This document shows, piece by piece, positions 38,936 through 53,057 of a stretch of DNA of 64,000 nt; the stretch's first letter is position 1; every line of letters begins with the position of its first letter. The DNA comes from Mobula hypostoma (lineage: Eukaryota): NCBI RefSeq assembly GCF_963921235.1, contig NC_086108.1:98892001-98956000 (forward strand), written 5' to 3'. Below the pieces are notes generated by a model that was not told the DNA's origin, ran no database searches, and saw only the letters and a program-made list of their open reading frames with translations. Position numbers and translations under genes: made by a program.

Positions 38936-41754
38936 GCCTTAAAATTCTCAACTTGGGCATGACCCGTAAAACAGACTGAAACTGAGACTGTCCATAGACA
39001 ACTAGGCAAATCATTGGGCAAGTGTTGAAAAATGTGAAATAAAAAGGTTTGAGCTTTAATTATTGTGAAATCTAATAGTCTGAAATAGTCCAGCACTACT
39101 GAAGTTCCAGGTTATCAGAGTTTTACTACACTTAACTAGCAAACTGCAACAATCAGAAACTTCTAATTTATCTCCCAGTCTGCACTAAATCTACTCTCAA
39201 CTGTAACAGCAGGTGGAATTTTACAATCAAGATCAGTGGTGCAAGCTTCCAGGAGGGAGGAGCGAGATTGCATTAGAACGCCACTCAGTAAGTGTACACT
39301 AACTCTGGCCATTAGTCATTGCTTTGGAAAGTGTAATGTCTCTGAATATTGATTGAAGGAACAATTAATGATACATGTAAAGTAATGCCAAGGCAAAGTA
39401 CAAATATCCAAACAAGTGAATAACTCCCAAGAAAGAGTCAGAATATTAATAGGTGGGAGAGGAAAGACAATAAACCCTAGATTTACCATTTAAATGTTAC
39501 ATAGAACTGTATTAATTACATTAAATTAATATCGACCAACTTATTCCCAGTTTGAAAATCCTCCAAAAGAATTAGTTCAAATACAAAAATCACAGAATTA
39601 TATTTAAATATCATTTTCAGCTTTAACAAAATTATTTGCAATATAACCTCACATTCTTTTCAACAACATTTATTTAAAACAAACACATTAAAAGTAAACA
39701 GTTGCTGGATCACATCCAAACAACTCCAATGTTACATGCTTCTGCAACACAGAATCTTTTAAAAAGATTACTGTGAATTTTCAATAGCGAGCATTTTAGC
39801 AAACAGAGGCATGTGCTGCAAATTCAAAACAGTCAGCTTAGATGACTACCACCTCCAACCTGAACAAGATTTTTTTTTAAACAGAACAGTTATCTGAATT
39901 TATGCATTAATACAGTGACTAAATTTAAACATTAGCAATTGGAGTATCAAACAAAGTCAGGAAACATCTTAAAGAAACCATTCAAGAAAAGTAGCAGACC
40001 TCTTATCTTTCTCGATCCTTTTCCTGCATTCAGTTACATCAAGGCTGATGTACAGCATAATCCCATTTAACAGCCTTGATTGCATTTCCTTCAACATGCC
40101 TGCCCAACAAAATCTTATTAATCTCAATTTTGAAATCCTGACCTCAAGATATCTATGCACAAATGATCCAGAGTGTCAGGATTATACAGCACAGCTCCAT
40201 CACAGGCACCAGCCTCTCCAGCATCGAATGAATCTTCAAAAGATGATGCCTCAAAAAGGTATCATCCATCATTAAGGATCCCCAACACGCAAGACATGCG
40301 CTCTTCTCATTACTACACCTAAGAAGAGGTACAAGAGCCTGGAGACACACTCAACATTTTATCAATAGTTCCTGCCTCGCTGCCATCAAACTTCTGAATG
40401 GAGAAAGAACAAACCCATGAATACTATCTCACTATTTTTGCACTACACATGTACACATATTTATCACTGACATATGTCATGAAATTACTATAAATGAGAG
40501 TAAGGTAATATACGTATGTGTACATATATATGTACACATAAACACATTTACATATACACAATTATTAAATATCTTAGTGTCATTTTTAGTAATTTCATGA
40601 CACGTCAGCGATATTAAACCTGATTCTGAACCATTCAGCATTCCATATCCACTCTGACCTTTTTTCCCCTATCAACACTGCTACCCATTTGTCCACTTAG
40701 GACCATTTACTTTATATAACTGCAAGTATGTAATTCTGGCAAAAGTTTATTTGAAATAGTATGTCTGTTTCATTATCCCACATACACTCTTTAGATTGCT
40801 ATGTCTAGCATTTTACTGCACAACTGCTTGGCTTACTCACACAGGTTCAATAAGCCCCGTAAAGGACCTAGCACCTTTTCCAAAACTTGCTTTGCAGCAA
40901 ATCGCAAGAGCAAGTATAAAAAAACAACATGCATCGTATGCTTGCCAGCTGCAGGTAATTCCATCTTAATTTTTTTTTGAGGCAGGTACAAATACATTTG
41001 AGTAAGTGCATGAGTTTAAGTGGACATGATACACATACTGGAAAATGGGACAAGCTTTGGTTCACCATGACTGGCAAAGTTGAATTGAGCCAAAAGGCCT
41101 CTTTTCATGCTGTATCACTATGATTATGACCAACTCAGTTAGCAGAATTAATACACTACAAGAAGCTTCACTTTCAAATTAGAAATTTTAACTGTTTGTT
41201 TTCATTAACCAGGGCAAGTTTTAAGATGCCGAACTTTTGAAGACTAACATTTTCAGTTTTAATTGAAAAATCTAAGTTTACCAGGTTTTGGACAGAGGTG
41301 GGGTCGCAGTCCTAGAAAATATACATATCATAATTTTCTGTAATTTGAAGCCATATCAAAAGTGTATGAATCAAGAATTGTTCTTTAAACATTTTTTTTC
41401 TAATTATTTGTTCAAGGAAATTTATTATCAAAGTACATATATATCACCATATGTCCCTGAGATTCAATTTCCTGCAGACATACTCAGTAAGTCTAAGAAC
41501 CATAGTATCAATGAAAGACCACAACTTCCGCGAGATTGATTTAATTCCATCTCAATGCTGTTGGAAGTAATGTGAGTTTCTGTTACCTAAAGGTTATAAT
41601 AGTGGTGTGGGGGGAAGAGCCTGTAATTTCAAAACCCATAATAAACAATAAACACAAGTCCTCATTTCAAAGTTCAGAAAGTTCAATAAAAATCCAAGGA
41701 CAATGGCTATTCACGTGTGCCAACAATACAGAAATGGATATAATCATAAAATGA

Positions 41755-42450
41755 CCACACAGAACACTGAGGCTGTCTACAAAAAGGGTCAGAGCCGTCT
41801 CTATTGCCTGAGGAGACTGAGGTCCTTTAACATCTGCCAGGTGATGCTGAGGATGTTCTACGAGTCTGTGGTGGCCAGTGCTATCATGTTTGCTGTTGTG
41901 TGCTGGGGCAGCAGGCTGAGGGTAGCAGACACCAACAGAATCAACAAACTCATTCATAAGGCCAGTGATGTTGTGGGGATGGAACTGGACTCTCTCATGG
42001 TGGTGTCTGAAAAGAGGATGCTGTCTAAGTTGCATACCATCTTGGTCAATGTCTCCCATCCACTACATAATGTACTGGGTGGGCACAGGAGTACGTTCAG
42101 CCAGAGACTCATTCCTCTGAGATGCAGCACAGAGCATCATAGGAAGTCATTCCTGCCTGTGGCCATTGAACTTTACAACTCCTCCCTTGGAGGGTCAGAC
42201 ACCCTGAGCCAATAGGCTGGTCCTGGACTTATTTCATAATTTACTGGCATAATTTACATATTACTATTTAACTATTTATTACTATTTTTCTATTACTATT
42301 CTATTACTATTTATTATTTCCATGGCTATTACTATTTACTAACAGTAGTATTACTATTACTATTTCTATTACTATTTATTATTTATGGTGTAATGTAACG
42401 AAAACCAATTTCCCCCAGGATCAATAAAGTATGACTACGTCTATGACTAT
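41755..42450 (+). mobile_element. Rex1/Babar LINE 3' fragment
   Basis: 'YKKGQSRLYCLRRLRSF...HPLH...RSTFSQRL...RKSFLPVAIELYN', an AT-rich 3' UTR, AATAAA and a (TATGAC)n tail. Confidence 0.85.
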
Positions 42451-42643
42451 TGACAGTCTACTTCTTTCAAGTCTACCCATAACAGCACTACTATGGGGAA
42501 ATTCAACTAGACTCACGCCTCTGTCCTTCTCCACAGCCTTGCAAATTCTTTCTCATCAGATACTAATCCAAATCCCTCCTGATCAGTGCAAATGAATCTA
42601 CCACCATAAGCAGTGCATTGTAGACCCGAACTACTTCACTGTA

Positions 42644-43093
42644 AGTCATAGTCATACTTTACTGATCCCGGGGGAAATTGGTTTTCGTTACAGTTGCACC
42701 ATAAATACTAAATAGCAATAGAACCACAAATAGTTAAATAATAATATGTAAATATGCCAGTAAATTATGAAATAAATCCAGGACCAGCCTATTGACTCAG
42801 GGTGTCTGACCCTCCGAGGGAGGAGTTGTAAAGTTTGATGGCCACAGGCAGGAATGACTTCCTATGACGCTCTGTGTTGCATCTCGGTGGAATGAGTCTC
42901 TGGCTGAATGTACTCCTGTGCCCACCCAGTACATTATGCAGTGGATGGGAGACATTGACCAAGATGGCATGCAACTTGGACAGCATCCTCTTTTCAGACA
43001 CCACCGTGAGAGAGTCCAGTTCCATCCCCACAACATCACTGGCCTTACGAATGAGTTTGTTGACTCTGTTGGTGTCTGCTACCCTCAGCCTGC
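42644..43093 (-). mobile_element. Rex1/Babar LINE 3' fragment, inverted relative to 41755-42450
   Basis: The same coding tail and (TATGAC)n end, on the minus strand. Confidence 0.85.
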
Positions 43094-43179
43094 TAAGTAA
43101 AACTAATAAGATTATTCAGCAGTTAACAGGAACACTGATGCTTTGAATGCACCATTAATTTAATAAACATTACACAATA

Positions 43180-45830
43180 TTAATTAGAGATAGCCATCCT
43201 GGCTTTGTCAAGGACAGACCTTGATTGACCAGACTGAGTATTTTTGAGGAAGTAACAAAGTGGGCAGTAGATGTGGTTTACAAGAACTTCAGTAAAGCCT
43301 TCAACCAGATCTCGTGTGGGAGACTGGCCCAGTGGGTTAGCGCCATATGATCTGGGACAAATTGGCAAAATGGATTCATTATTAGCATGACACTATGAAA
43401 CAGACATTATGGCAGAGGGCTGTTTTTGTGATTGGATGGTTATCACTAGTGATGTTCCACAGGGATTGGTGCTGGGACCCTTACTGTTTGCAACGTACAA
43501 GAATAATTTAGATGTGGAAGTAGGTGACATGGCTACCATATAGATTACATCAAGATTGATGGTGGTGTTGCAGTGTGGAGGGTAATCTTAGGCTACGTGG
43601 TGATATTGATGTGTTGTTAAACAGGACAAGAAACAGCAGATGGAGTTTAATCATAATAAATGCAAGGTGATGGATTTTTGAGAGTACTAATGAGGCTAAG
43701 AAATCCAGGTTGAGTACCCAATACCCGAAATTTTAAAGTCTGAAAACCTCCGAATCAGAATTTTTGAGTGCTGACATGAAGTCACAAATGGAAAACTCAA
43801 CAAGGCACTGGGAAGGTTCCCAGACAATACACAGGTCTCTGGACACCACAGATAGTTCTGAGGACTGACCTCACATACGTAATGAACTGAAGTGAATGAA
43901 AAATAGAAAAACACTGCATAAAGCGAAAAATGAAGATCTCAACCTTGCAGTAAAAGAGTAGATCCGTCAGCGTTGGAGTGAACATATGCTGCTTAATGGT
44001 ATGCTGATCATGAAACAAACAAAGATCTATCACAACGGAAGGAAAATTAAAAGCTAATTGAGAATAGTTGCAGAAATTTAAGAAAAGGCAAGGCATTAAA
44101 TTTTTAAAGATTAGTGGTGATAAAGCATCTGCTGATCAAGAAGCAGTAGCGTGAGTTTGCCAAGATTATAGCTAATGAAAATCTAACATCTGAATGCCTA
44201 CATACAATGTGATGAACAAGCTGAAAACAAAGACTGCTTACTGGTAGCACATAAATTCTGAGTCATGTTACGTACCCCATAACTGGGTTGCCACACCAGC
44301 AGAAATGGACCACTTAGTTGGAGTCTGGTTTAACAGAAGCTAATAAAGTTTTATTAAAGAAGTAAGTAACACAGTACTCTAATCATAAGGATATAAATGC
44401 AACAGGTTAGCAATGATAAAACACACATGTACACAGAACTAGAGTAACAGGAATCAACCAAGCTCCATCGCAGTCTAGGGGTAAAATGATCAGTCTCAAG
44501 TGACGCAGAGTTCAGTTCGGCTTAGGACAGTTCGCAGTAATCGCTGTTGTGCCGTTGGAGAGAGAGAGAGAGAGAGAGAGAATGCAAATTTTGATTCAAA
44601 CAGACCTTTGATGTTCTTCGCAGTTAGCTTTCGGGCGAACCCTTTTATGTCTTCTGTGGTCACCGACTGTGACCCCTCCGTTCTGGATACGACCATTCTT
44701 CCGCGGTGAACCCGGCACCCAGGCAAGGGCGGACACACACACCAGGTTCCTACCTATCGTCCCTTTTCACCCTGTCAGTCTATGGTCGGTTCCCTTGGAC
44801 CAGACCTCCAACTTCTACCAACTTGTGGGGGCACACCGCTCTTCCAAGGTCTCGTTATCTCATGATCTCGTGGTGTGTCGTGCCTTGGCGAACTTGTTCT
44901 TTTTATCCTCCTGCTGGGGTATATCGCCTGTCCATCAAACTTCAAACAGTTCAGATTCAAAGCAACCGGTCTGTCAATACTCTGAAATGTGTTTCTTTCT
45001 CATTAATCTCTCTCTTCTCTCTTATTAGCATTTTGAATGTTTCTCCATTGTCTCCCTTATCTCTCTCATCAGCACCAATCTTCTGATAACTTGGTTTGTC
45101 GTCACAGTCATAAATGATGGCAATCCCAAATCTATCTCACCATATATTCCAAAATCCAAAAAATTGAAATCCAAAACATTTATTAGCCCCAGCATTTTGG
45201 ATAAGGGGTACTCAACCTTTATACCATGAATTGCAAGGCCCTACCCAAGTGGTGTTGAGGAACAAAGGACATTGGTGTGAGAATCCAAAGATCCTTGAAA
45301 GTGGCACCACAGGAAGACAATGAAGTTAAAGCAGCTGATAGGTTGCTGGCGTTTGTTAGTTATTGGGTACACCAGAGATTCACCAGGATGTTGCCTGGAT
45401 GCAGTGTTTTAGTTATGAGGAGAGACTGTCTGTTTTCCTGGAGCAGAGGTGGTTAAGAGGATACACGACTGAGGATTATAAATTTATGAAGATTATAGAG
45501 AGGACAAACTACAGGAAACATTTTCTGTTCAAGATAAATAAAACTAGAGGACGTAGATTTAACTTCCGAGTAAGAGATTCAGAGGTGATCAGTAGATGTT
45601 TTGCATCTAGACAGTGATGAATACCCGGAATACATGACCCAAGGCAGCAGTGAAAGTAGAATCGCTAGAACCATTTAAGTGTCTAGTTGAACACTTGAAT
45701 CACCTAGGCTCTGAAAGCTATGAATCCGATACTAGAAGATGAAATTAATACAGATGGGCACCTAATGGTCAGTGTCGGGATAATGAGCCAAATTGCTTGT
45801 TACCATGCTGTATGATTCTATATCTAATAA
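43180..45830 (+). mobile_element. Old CR1 fragment hosting a Tigger-like element (43706-45219)
   Basis: Decayed CR1 RT on both sides. The inner element has TIRs caggttgagtaccc / gggtactcaacct and a CENP-B/pogo-like remnant (~43920-44220). Confidence 0.7.
44266..45106 (-). mobile_element. Solo LTR, diverged relative of 2898-3747
   Basis: Termini tgttacgtacccc...gtcgtcaca and a 4-bp TSD GTCA (44262-44265, 45107-45110). Reverse-complement similarity to the other two LTRs. Confidence 0.88.
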
Positions 45831-47134
45831 CATGCTAGTGTGTTTAATGTATCTCAAATATTTTGCGTTTGAAGTCAATTATTGGCATCCATATAGTAGT
45901 AGCTCAAGTAGAGCTTATACACTCCTGTGTTTTACAATATCAAAAAGTCTCTAATTTCCGTGTAGTAAGTATATAAAAAGGGCAATCTTTGTAACTAGCT
46001 GTCAGCATGAATTTTCCTTTTTTTGATCCACAAAATTGCTGTGACAATTTAATCCTGAATGCATATTACAAATTACTCTCCATTTTGACACTTCTTTATT
46101 TCTCTCCATAGATGCTGCCTGACCTGCTGAATTCCTCCAGCATTTTGTGTGTCACTCTGGATTTCCAGAATCTGCAGAACCTCGTGTTTACAAATTACCA
46201 TTTCTTCTTCAAACATTTAGAAAAATTTAATATCCATTTGCTTGAATTTTGAAGAGCATATCTTAAATTTTACACCCTGGGCACTGTCCTGGGCAAATTC
46301 AGTTCCTTCTTCAGTGGTGCTCCATCATAACATCTGAGGTGGGAAGCATAACCTGCTGATTGTCCAATGTTCAGTTCCATTCACAAGTCCAACAAAATGA
46401 AGCCCTACACCCCATGCCTACATGTAGCAAAACCTAAAGCAACATCGTGCTTATGCCAATTGGTGACAAAGAGCACATATGCAATATGTGATAAGCAAAG
46501 ATCATATTTATTAGGGGAGAGGTCTAAGCACCTGCTCAACATATCCAAGTCTTCCCATATTCTTACGGTCACTGCTGACTGTAACAAAAATCCAGTTAGG
46601 TTAGACACAAATGCCATGGTCACAAGGTCTGGTCATATGCTAGAGATCCTACAGTAACTGGTTTATCTCCCAACATCCAAAGCCTATCTAACAAAAGCTG
46701 CAAGGTGTAAATATGATCAAGTGCAACAAATCTCAATGCACACAGAGACTGAGCAATCCACTGCTGGCACCAGAAAATGTATTAACAACTACCAAGGCTA
46801 CTTTTGGAAATATCTTCAAAACCTGTAATATTTACCAACAAGTACAAAGATGGCAGGTGCACTGGAATATAAAATACCCTCCAAGTTAAAAAACTATCCT
46901 GATTTAGAAATATCTCCATTCTCTCATTAACACTAGATCCAAATCCTGGAATTCCTTACCAATACCACCTTCAATGCACTTTCACTTCAGAAGCTGCAGG
47001 CAAGTCACCAATAGCTTTTGAGGATGTCAATTAATAATAAAAAAAATGACAGTTAAGATTACCACAAGGCCTCATTTCATTCCAGAAAATCAGCTTTCAA
47101 TTATAACTCCATTGTACTTCAAATAATTTAAGTC

Positions 47135-47214
47135 CAGGGGTTCCCAATCTTTTCTTTACCATGGACCAATACCATTAAGCAAGGGGTCTATGGACCCCAG
47201 GTTGGGAACTCCTG
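47135..47214. mobile_element. 80-bp hAT-like MITE
   Basis: TIRs caggggttcccaa / ttgggaactcctg. No TSD is recognisable. Confidence 0.55.
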
Positions 47215-47477
47215 CTCTAGAGTTCTATCACTGACAAACTTCTTTGAACAACAGTTCATCAGAAAACATGACGCACTGTTTTTGAATCCCACAGTGCCAA
47301 TGGATGAAAAAAAAGTTAACTTTGGGTAATTTTAGTTGATGTAGGGGAGGGAAAAACCAGTCCCAATTCCAAAGGAGGAAAACCCATATCCGAGGTGGAT
47401 AACAGAAGACATTAACCTATCTGCTTCACAATGTCCTTTGGGGGAAGAGACTGCCATCTTTGCCTTGTCTAACTTAC

Positions 47478-47528
47478 GTGATTCCATGTTTGGCTTTTGG
47501 TGCTTTTGAAATAAACAGATGAAAACAT
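47478..47528 (-). CDS. Candidate alternative first coding exon of PKN2 (MFSSVYFKSTKSQTWNH)
   Basis: ATG-initiated 17-codon frame with an in-frame stop upstream. It ends in a consensus phase-0 donor CAC|GTAAGT, compatible with the phase-0 acceptor at 17885. The sequence is non-repetitive. Confidence 0.35.
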
Positions 47529-48595
47529 AACCAAGAATCAAGCAACACTCTGTAAATTTACTTTCAATCAATTAGGAAGTGAAGTGTACAATGAAGTATT
47601 GTCCTGCAAAAATTATTAGGATGGCAGTTTTAAGGAATCTGCCTTGCTTATCCAAACATCAGGGACATCACTTCCCATCGTACTGCCTGGTACACCACCA
47701 GTGTTTAGGGAAGAAATGAAGGTCCTCCACCTCTGGAGGTGGTCATGGCTTCCTTCATCACGTCAGTAACTTCCTCTTGGTTTTCACTACTGTCAGTTAT
47801 GCAAGTCCCGGGTAGGAATTATAAACTTGCTGAATATGCCCACAGGAAAATGAATCACAGGTTTGTATGTAGTGACATTTATGTATTATGATAATAAAAT
47901 TTACTTAGAATGTTGAACTTTGAAGAATACCGCTGCACTCAGATGTAGAAGGAGTCTTCACTGCTGTTTCCGTAACAATTGTTTTACTAGTCAGGGTTGT
48001 TAGCCCTGAGCCAAATCTGGAGGAATGATGGACCACTCTTAGTCTGTCCTCTACCATTTGATGTGATTGGCATGGGTGACTCCACCAGGAGCCATAGCAT
48101 GAAGCCTCGACTCCAGCCAACATGGCTCTCTGGGTCATTGGGGCACGCAAGCCTCCAAACTCAACAACAAGGCTGTGGTCCTATTGAAGGATCATTTTGA
48201 TTTTCACAATTTTATGCATTAACATCACTAATTCATTCTCTTAATTTTTAGACAACTTGCACACAAAGACAAAATATAACACTTATCAATAGAAAATGCT
48301 GGAACATTCAATAGCATAAAAATGCATCTGGTCTGTGTTCATTGGTCCAACCAGATTGTATCCTGCAGTCTGCTTCTATTCTGTTCAATATTTATTATGC
48401 CATCTATCCATAAACCTGGAAAATGTGTCCCTTAGATCCAAGTCCAGGTCATTCCTATAAAAGAAAAGCATTGGTCCCAATGCTTTCTTCATGACTCATC
48501 TACTTATGTGCAGAACAATAAGTGAAATTTAAAATACAATGCAATGCATGGTGCAGAAACATTTTGAAGCAAAAAAATCCAAAATAAAGGTAGTA

Positions 48596-49419
48596 CAGTG
48601 AATTCCAGTTAATTGAGCTATTGGTTAATCAGGGCAGCCCCTTATTTGGGACAGCTCTTGAAGAACAAAAACAGATCAATAGCCAGAAGTCCCTTCATTT
48701 AATTGGGCCACCTTGCCACTTAATTGGGACAGGAGACTGCTGCCAAACAGCTTCCAACCAGCGTCAGTCAACTGCACATTGTGTGGCCATTAGATACTAT
48801 ACAGTGCTTAAAGCGAACGGCTCTTAAATGTCACTTCTGTGTGTTGCTTGTGTTCAAAAAGCAATGGATTTTGTCACTGATAGTTGGCAAATAAAAATCA
48901 ATAAAACAATTCAGAAATGTTTTTGCTCACTGCGGTTTTAAGCATTCAAGCTTAGACATAACAGAAATGGCCGGGAGTGAAAATGACACAATTTCACTGC
49001 TTCAACAAGTCAAGAATTACAAAGAATTTGAAGGTATTGACAATCACCTTACTATACTGTGAAAAAGATTTGGAATATGCAGCTGTTGAAAGCATTGTAT
49101 GAACAGTCCTTTATAGGCACTAGTTGCCTGCGCTGATTTTGTTCATTTACACCCAATCAAAAGAACATGGCAGAATACACTCGATTAATCCATCGATAAC
49201 TGCTAGGAACTAATACACAGTTTTATGATACTATACTAGTATTGGTAGTGTTCTAATTTGTTTCGCATTTAAATATATTACTTGCTACTCATTAAAACTC
49301 CAGTTCTTTTTTATATACCTTTTTAACTATTTCTATGAAATTTCAGCTAATTGGGGCAGCCATTTAAATGCATCAAAATGTACTGGTCCTGATGTGTCCC
49401 AATTAACTGGAATCCACTG
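48596..49419. mobile_element. Tigger/pogo-like non-autonomous DNA transposon
   Basis: TA TSDs and TIRs cagtgaattccagttaattg / caattaactggaatccactg. Confidence 0.8.
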
Positions 49420-51084
49420 TATTAACAGAATTTATAAATAAATCTAATCCAGGTTAAAAGTGAGCATGGCCTTACTTTCAAATTATCTGCCAGATATTAC
49501 TGTAAATGCTTAACTTGCTTTTCATTCTGTTTAATAGATTTGGTTGAATTTATGATTTAATGTATCAACTACAGTGAAACCTAAAGTTAAACTCACCAAC
49601 CCACTTTTGTTCTCACATTTTGAGACGACTATAAAATCAATATCGAATTCACATTTGTGTATTTATTGACCTAAAGTACAGTTCACGCTTCCTCGGAGGA
49701 AAAAAATTTTGAATTGTGTTAAATAGTATAGGGCATCAAGAGCGTATGGGATGACAGAGTTCTAGGTACATTTGACTTTGTAAATTCCAATGGAAAGGCC
49801 AGAAATCTGTCTGTAAAGTGACAATTTCAATAGCCTAAAAGGTAGGGGGACAGGTATAAAGGCAGCAAGACATGTAATAACATTGATTTTATGATAACAG
49901 TTTAAGTAGTGCATTAAATGTGGTATTGCAAATGATTTCTAATATTCAATGAGGACACAGACATTTGAATGCATACTGAGTGAGAAGAGAAATCCATCCA
50001 GAAATGAAAACTTTATAGTTGAGAGCCAAAGGAGGATCTCCTTGACCTTCCACATGAAGGTCAAGGAAGTCCATCTTCATGTGTACTTGATTTCCATCAA
50101 AGTCACAGAACCAAAGATGGAGCAGAGGTCATCAGGCACAGAACAAGCAAAGGTTCGAATCTGGGTTCCATCTGCTCTGAATTACATACCAACTAAACTT
50201 GCCAAAACATTTTGGGAGGTTTCAGATATCAAGAGAACAACTGAAAAGCTGAAAAAGAGTTGCAAAAAAAAAAGATAATTACTAGTACAGACCACACTGT
50301 ACACTTAGCATAAACTACATTATCAATGCATCTTAAGATATTATGTTGTAGCCGAATTTTCAATGCAAAGCCGATTATCATTCAATCTCATTTCCAGATT
50401 TCATAATCATATTTAAATGGGACCACCTTGCATGTTAATATAATGAACTATTTTAAACATAGTTCCACTTAACAGTATAAACGCAACTGACAACAAAATT
50501 CATTACCAAAATAGTGCTGTCAGAAATTTACAGAAAACATTTGGAATAATTCTTTATGCATTGCTAGACTGCCGTTTGTTTATTTGATGATTCTCATGCA
50601 ATTACCATTTCACAATGAGGAGCAACTTCTCATATCTCAACAACCACACAAAGACAGATTTAAGAACAAAATCCCGAATCTGTTTGCTGAAGTCCTCCAC
50701 GAATTGGAACTGAAGATCCAAAAAAATCAATGTAACCTTTAGATCGAACAAATCGAAGCAGTTTCTCCTTGTCTTGAAACATGATAGTGATTAATCAGAA
50801 ACTAACCGCATATCCAGGATTATGAACTGCTCAGGCTTAGAGACAGATGTCTGTTTAGCAAGATGAAATTCTTTAGCAGTTAAACCAGTGATTAGATACA
50901 GTGCAGTATCACTAGAAAGTGTCAATATTGGGAAAGGTGCACTCAATTTGTTAATAAATTAACCACCCCTATTCCACATAGCAAGTCTATATCATTGCTG
51001 TTAACTAAGAAAATAGGGAAGAGAAATTATGTTATAAATAAATATGTCAGCTCCAGGTTAACATTTCCAAAGGTTGATCAATGA

Positions 51085-52040
51085 CCTCACTGTGTCCGAC
51101 AGAGTGATCAGCAGCACTGGGGCTCCACAGGGGACTGACTCGTCTCCCTTTCTCTTCACCATTCAACTAGTGCACAGAGTCTTGTCATCTTCAGAAGTTT
51201 TCGGATGACTCTGCCATAGTTGGATGCATCAGCAAGGGAGATGAGGCTGAGTACAGGGCTACGGTAGGAACCTTTGTCACATGGTGTGAGCAGAATTATC
51301 TGCAGCTTAATGTGAAAAAGATTAAGGAGCTGGTGGTAGACCTGAGGAGAGCTAAGGCACCGGTGACCCCTGTTTCCATCAAGGGGGTTAGTGTGGACAT
51401 GATGGAGGATTACAAATACCTGGGGATACGAATTGACAATAAACTGGACTGGTCAAAGAACACTGAGGCTGTCTACAAGAAGGGTCAGAGCCGTCTCCAT
51501 TCCCTGAGGAGACTGAGGTCCTTTAACATCTGCCGGATGATGCTGAGGATGTTCTACGAGTCTGTGGTGACCAGTTCGATCATGTTTGCTGTTGTGTGCT
51601 GGGGCAGCAGACACCAACAGAATCAACAAACTCATTCGTAAGGCCAGTGATGTTGTGGGGATGGAACTGGACTCTCTGAAGGTGGTGTCTGAAAAGAGGA
51701 TGCTGTCCAAGTTGCATGCCATCTTGGACAATGTCTCCCATCCACTACATAATGTACTGGTTGGGCACAGGAGTACATTCAGCCAGAGACTCATTCCACC
51801 GAGATGCAACACAGAGCTTCATAGGAAGTCATTCCTGCCTGTGGCCACCAAACTTTACAACTCCTCCCTTGGAGGGTCAGACACCCTGAGCCAATAGGCT
51901 GGTCCTGGACTTATTTCCTGGCATAATTTACATATTACTATTTAATTATTTATGGTTTTATTACTATTTAATTATTTATGGTGCAACTGTAATGAAAATC
52001 AATTTTCCCCGGGATCAATAAAGTATGACTAGGACTATGT
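51085..52040 (+). mobile_element. Rex1/Babar LINE 3' fragment
   Basis: 'GAPQGT...LQKFSDDS...LQLNVKK.KELVVD...YKYLG' through to the (TATGAC)n tail. Confidence 0.88.
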
Positions 52041-52064
52041 ATGCCTGATATTTTTTTTAAAATT

Positions 52065-52345
52065 TTTATTTGGAGAAACAGCACGAAACAGGGCCTTCCA
52101 GCACAACAAGCCACACTGTCCAGCAACCCACCTATTTTATTCTAGCCTCCTCATAGGACAACTTACAATGACCAAATAACCTACTAATCAATGCAACTTT
52201 AGACTGTGGAAGGAAACTGAAGAAACTGGAAGAAACCCACGTTGCCACAGGGAGAACGTTCAAACTCCACACAGGAGGTGCCAGAATTGAACTCCGAACT
52301 CCAAAATACACCGAGCTGTAATAGCGCTACGCTGATCATGGCACC
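52065..52345 (-). mobile_element. V-SINE (HE1-like)
   Basis: V-domain and 3' tail on the minus strand. Confidence 0.65.
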
Positions 52346-53057
52346 CCATTTTCTATCACTGTTGTCAAGAACTCTCAACAATGTTTGTTCCATTACCTTC
52401 TCTAATACCTTTACCCATCCTCTTCCAATGCATAACTGAATAGGGTCTCTATCACCTCACCTTCCACCGTACAAGTACTCACTTTGAATGAATTATCCTC
52501 CATTTTCAACTACTTTCTCTGTGATGCTGCTTGGCTACTGAACATTTACAGCAATTTTTTCCTTTTTTAACCCAAGCTTTTTCTATTTTTTTTTGAAGTG
52601 TTTGAAATCACAATGCAAGTTGAGAAGTTGTACAGAAGAACATCAAAAGAGTATAAATAACTCATTCCATCCCCTCCACTGTTCAAAATCAGACTGATCT
52701 AGCTCAGTACCATTTTTGTGCTCTATCCCTACAGATATTGATTCATCTAACATCTTGAAAGGAATCAATCTCTACTTTCAACACAATCAATGACTGAACC
52801 TCTGCCGTCTTCCATGGTGGCAAAATTCGGATGAATTACTGTTCTGTTTGTTAAATTCCTCCTCATTTTATTTCTATCTCACCTAGTCATCAATATTACA
52901 GACCCTAGTTCTAAACTTATTGGCTGGGAGAAACATCTTCCCTGCATTTACGTTGTCAACCTCTCAAAGAATTTTGTGACATGTGAAAAAGCTCACCTTT
53001 CATTCTTTTAAACTCAAGAGAGTCAAGGTCAAATTAATTTGATCTTTCCTCATACAG

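Noticed and set aside
42240..42390. AT-rich TATTAC/TATT tandem tract
   Set aside because: Ordinary expansion within a Rex1 3' UTR.
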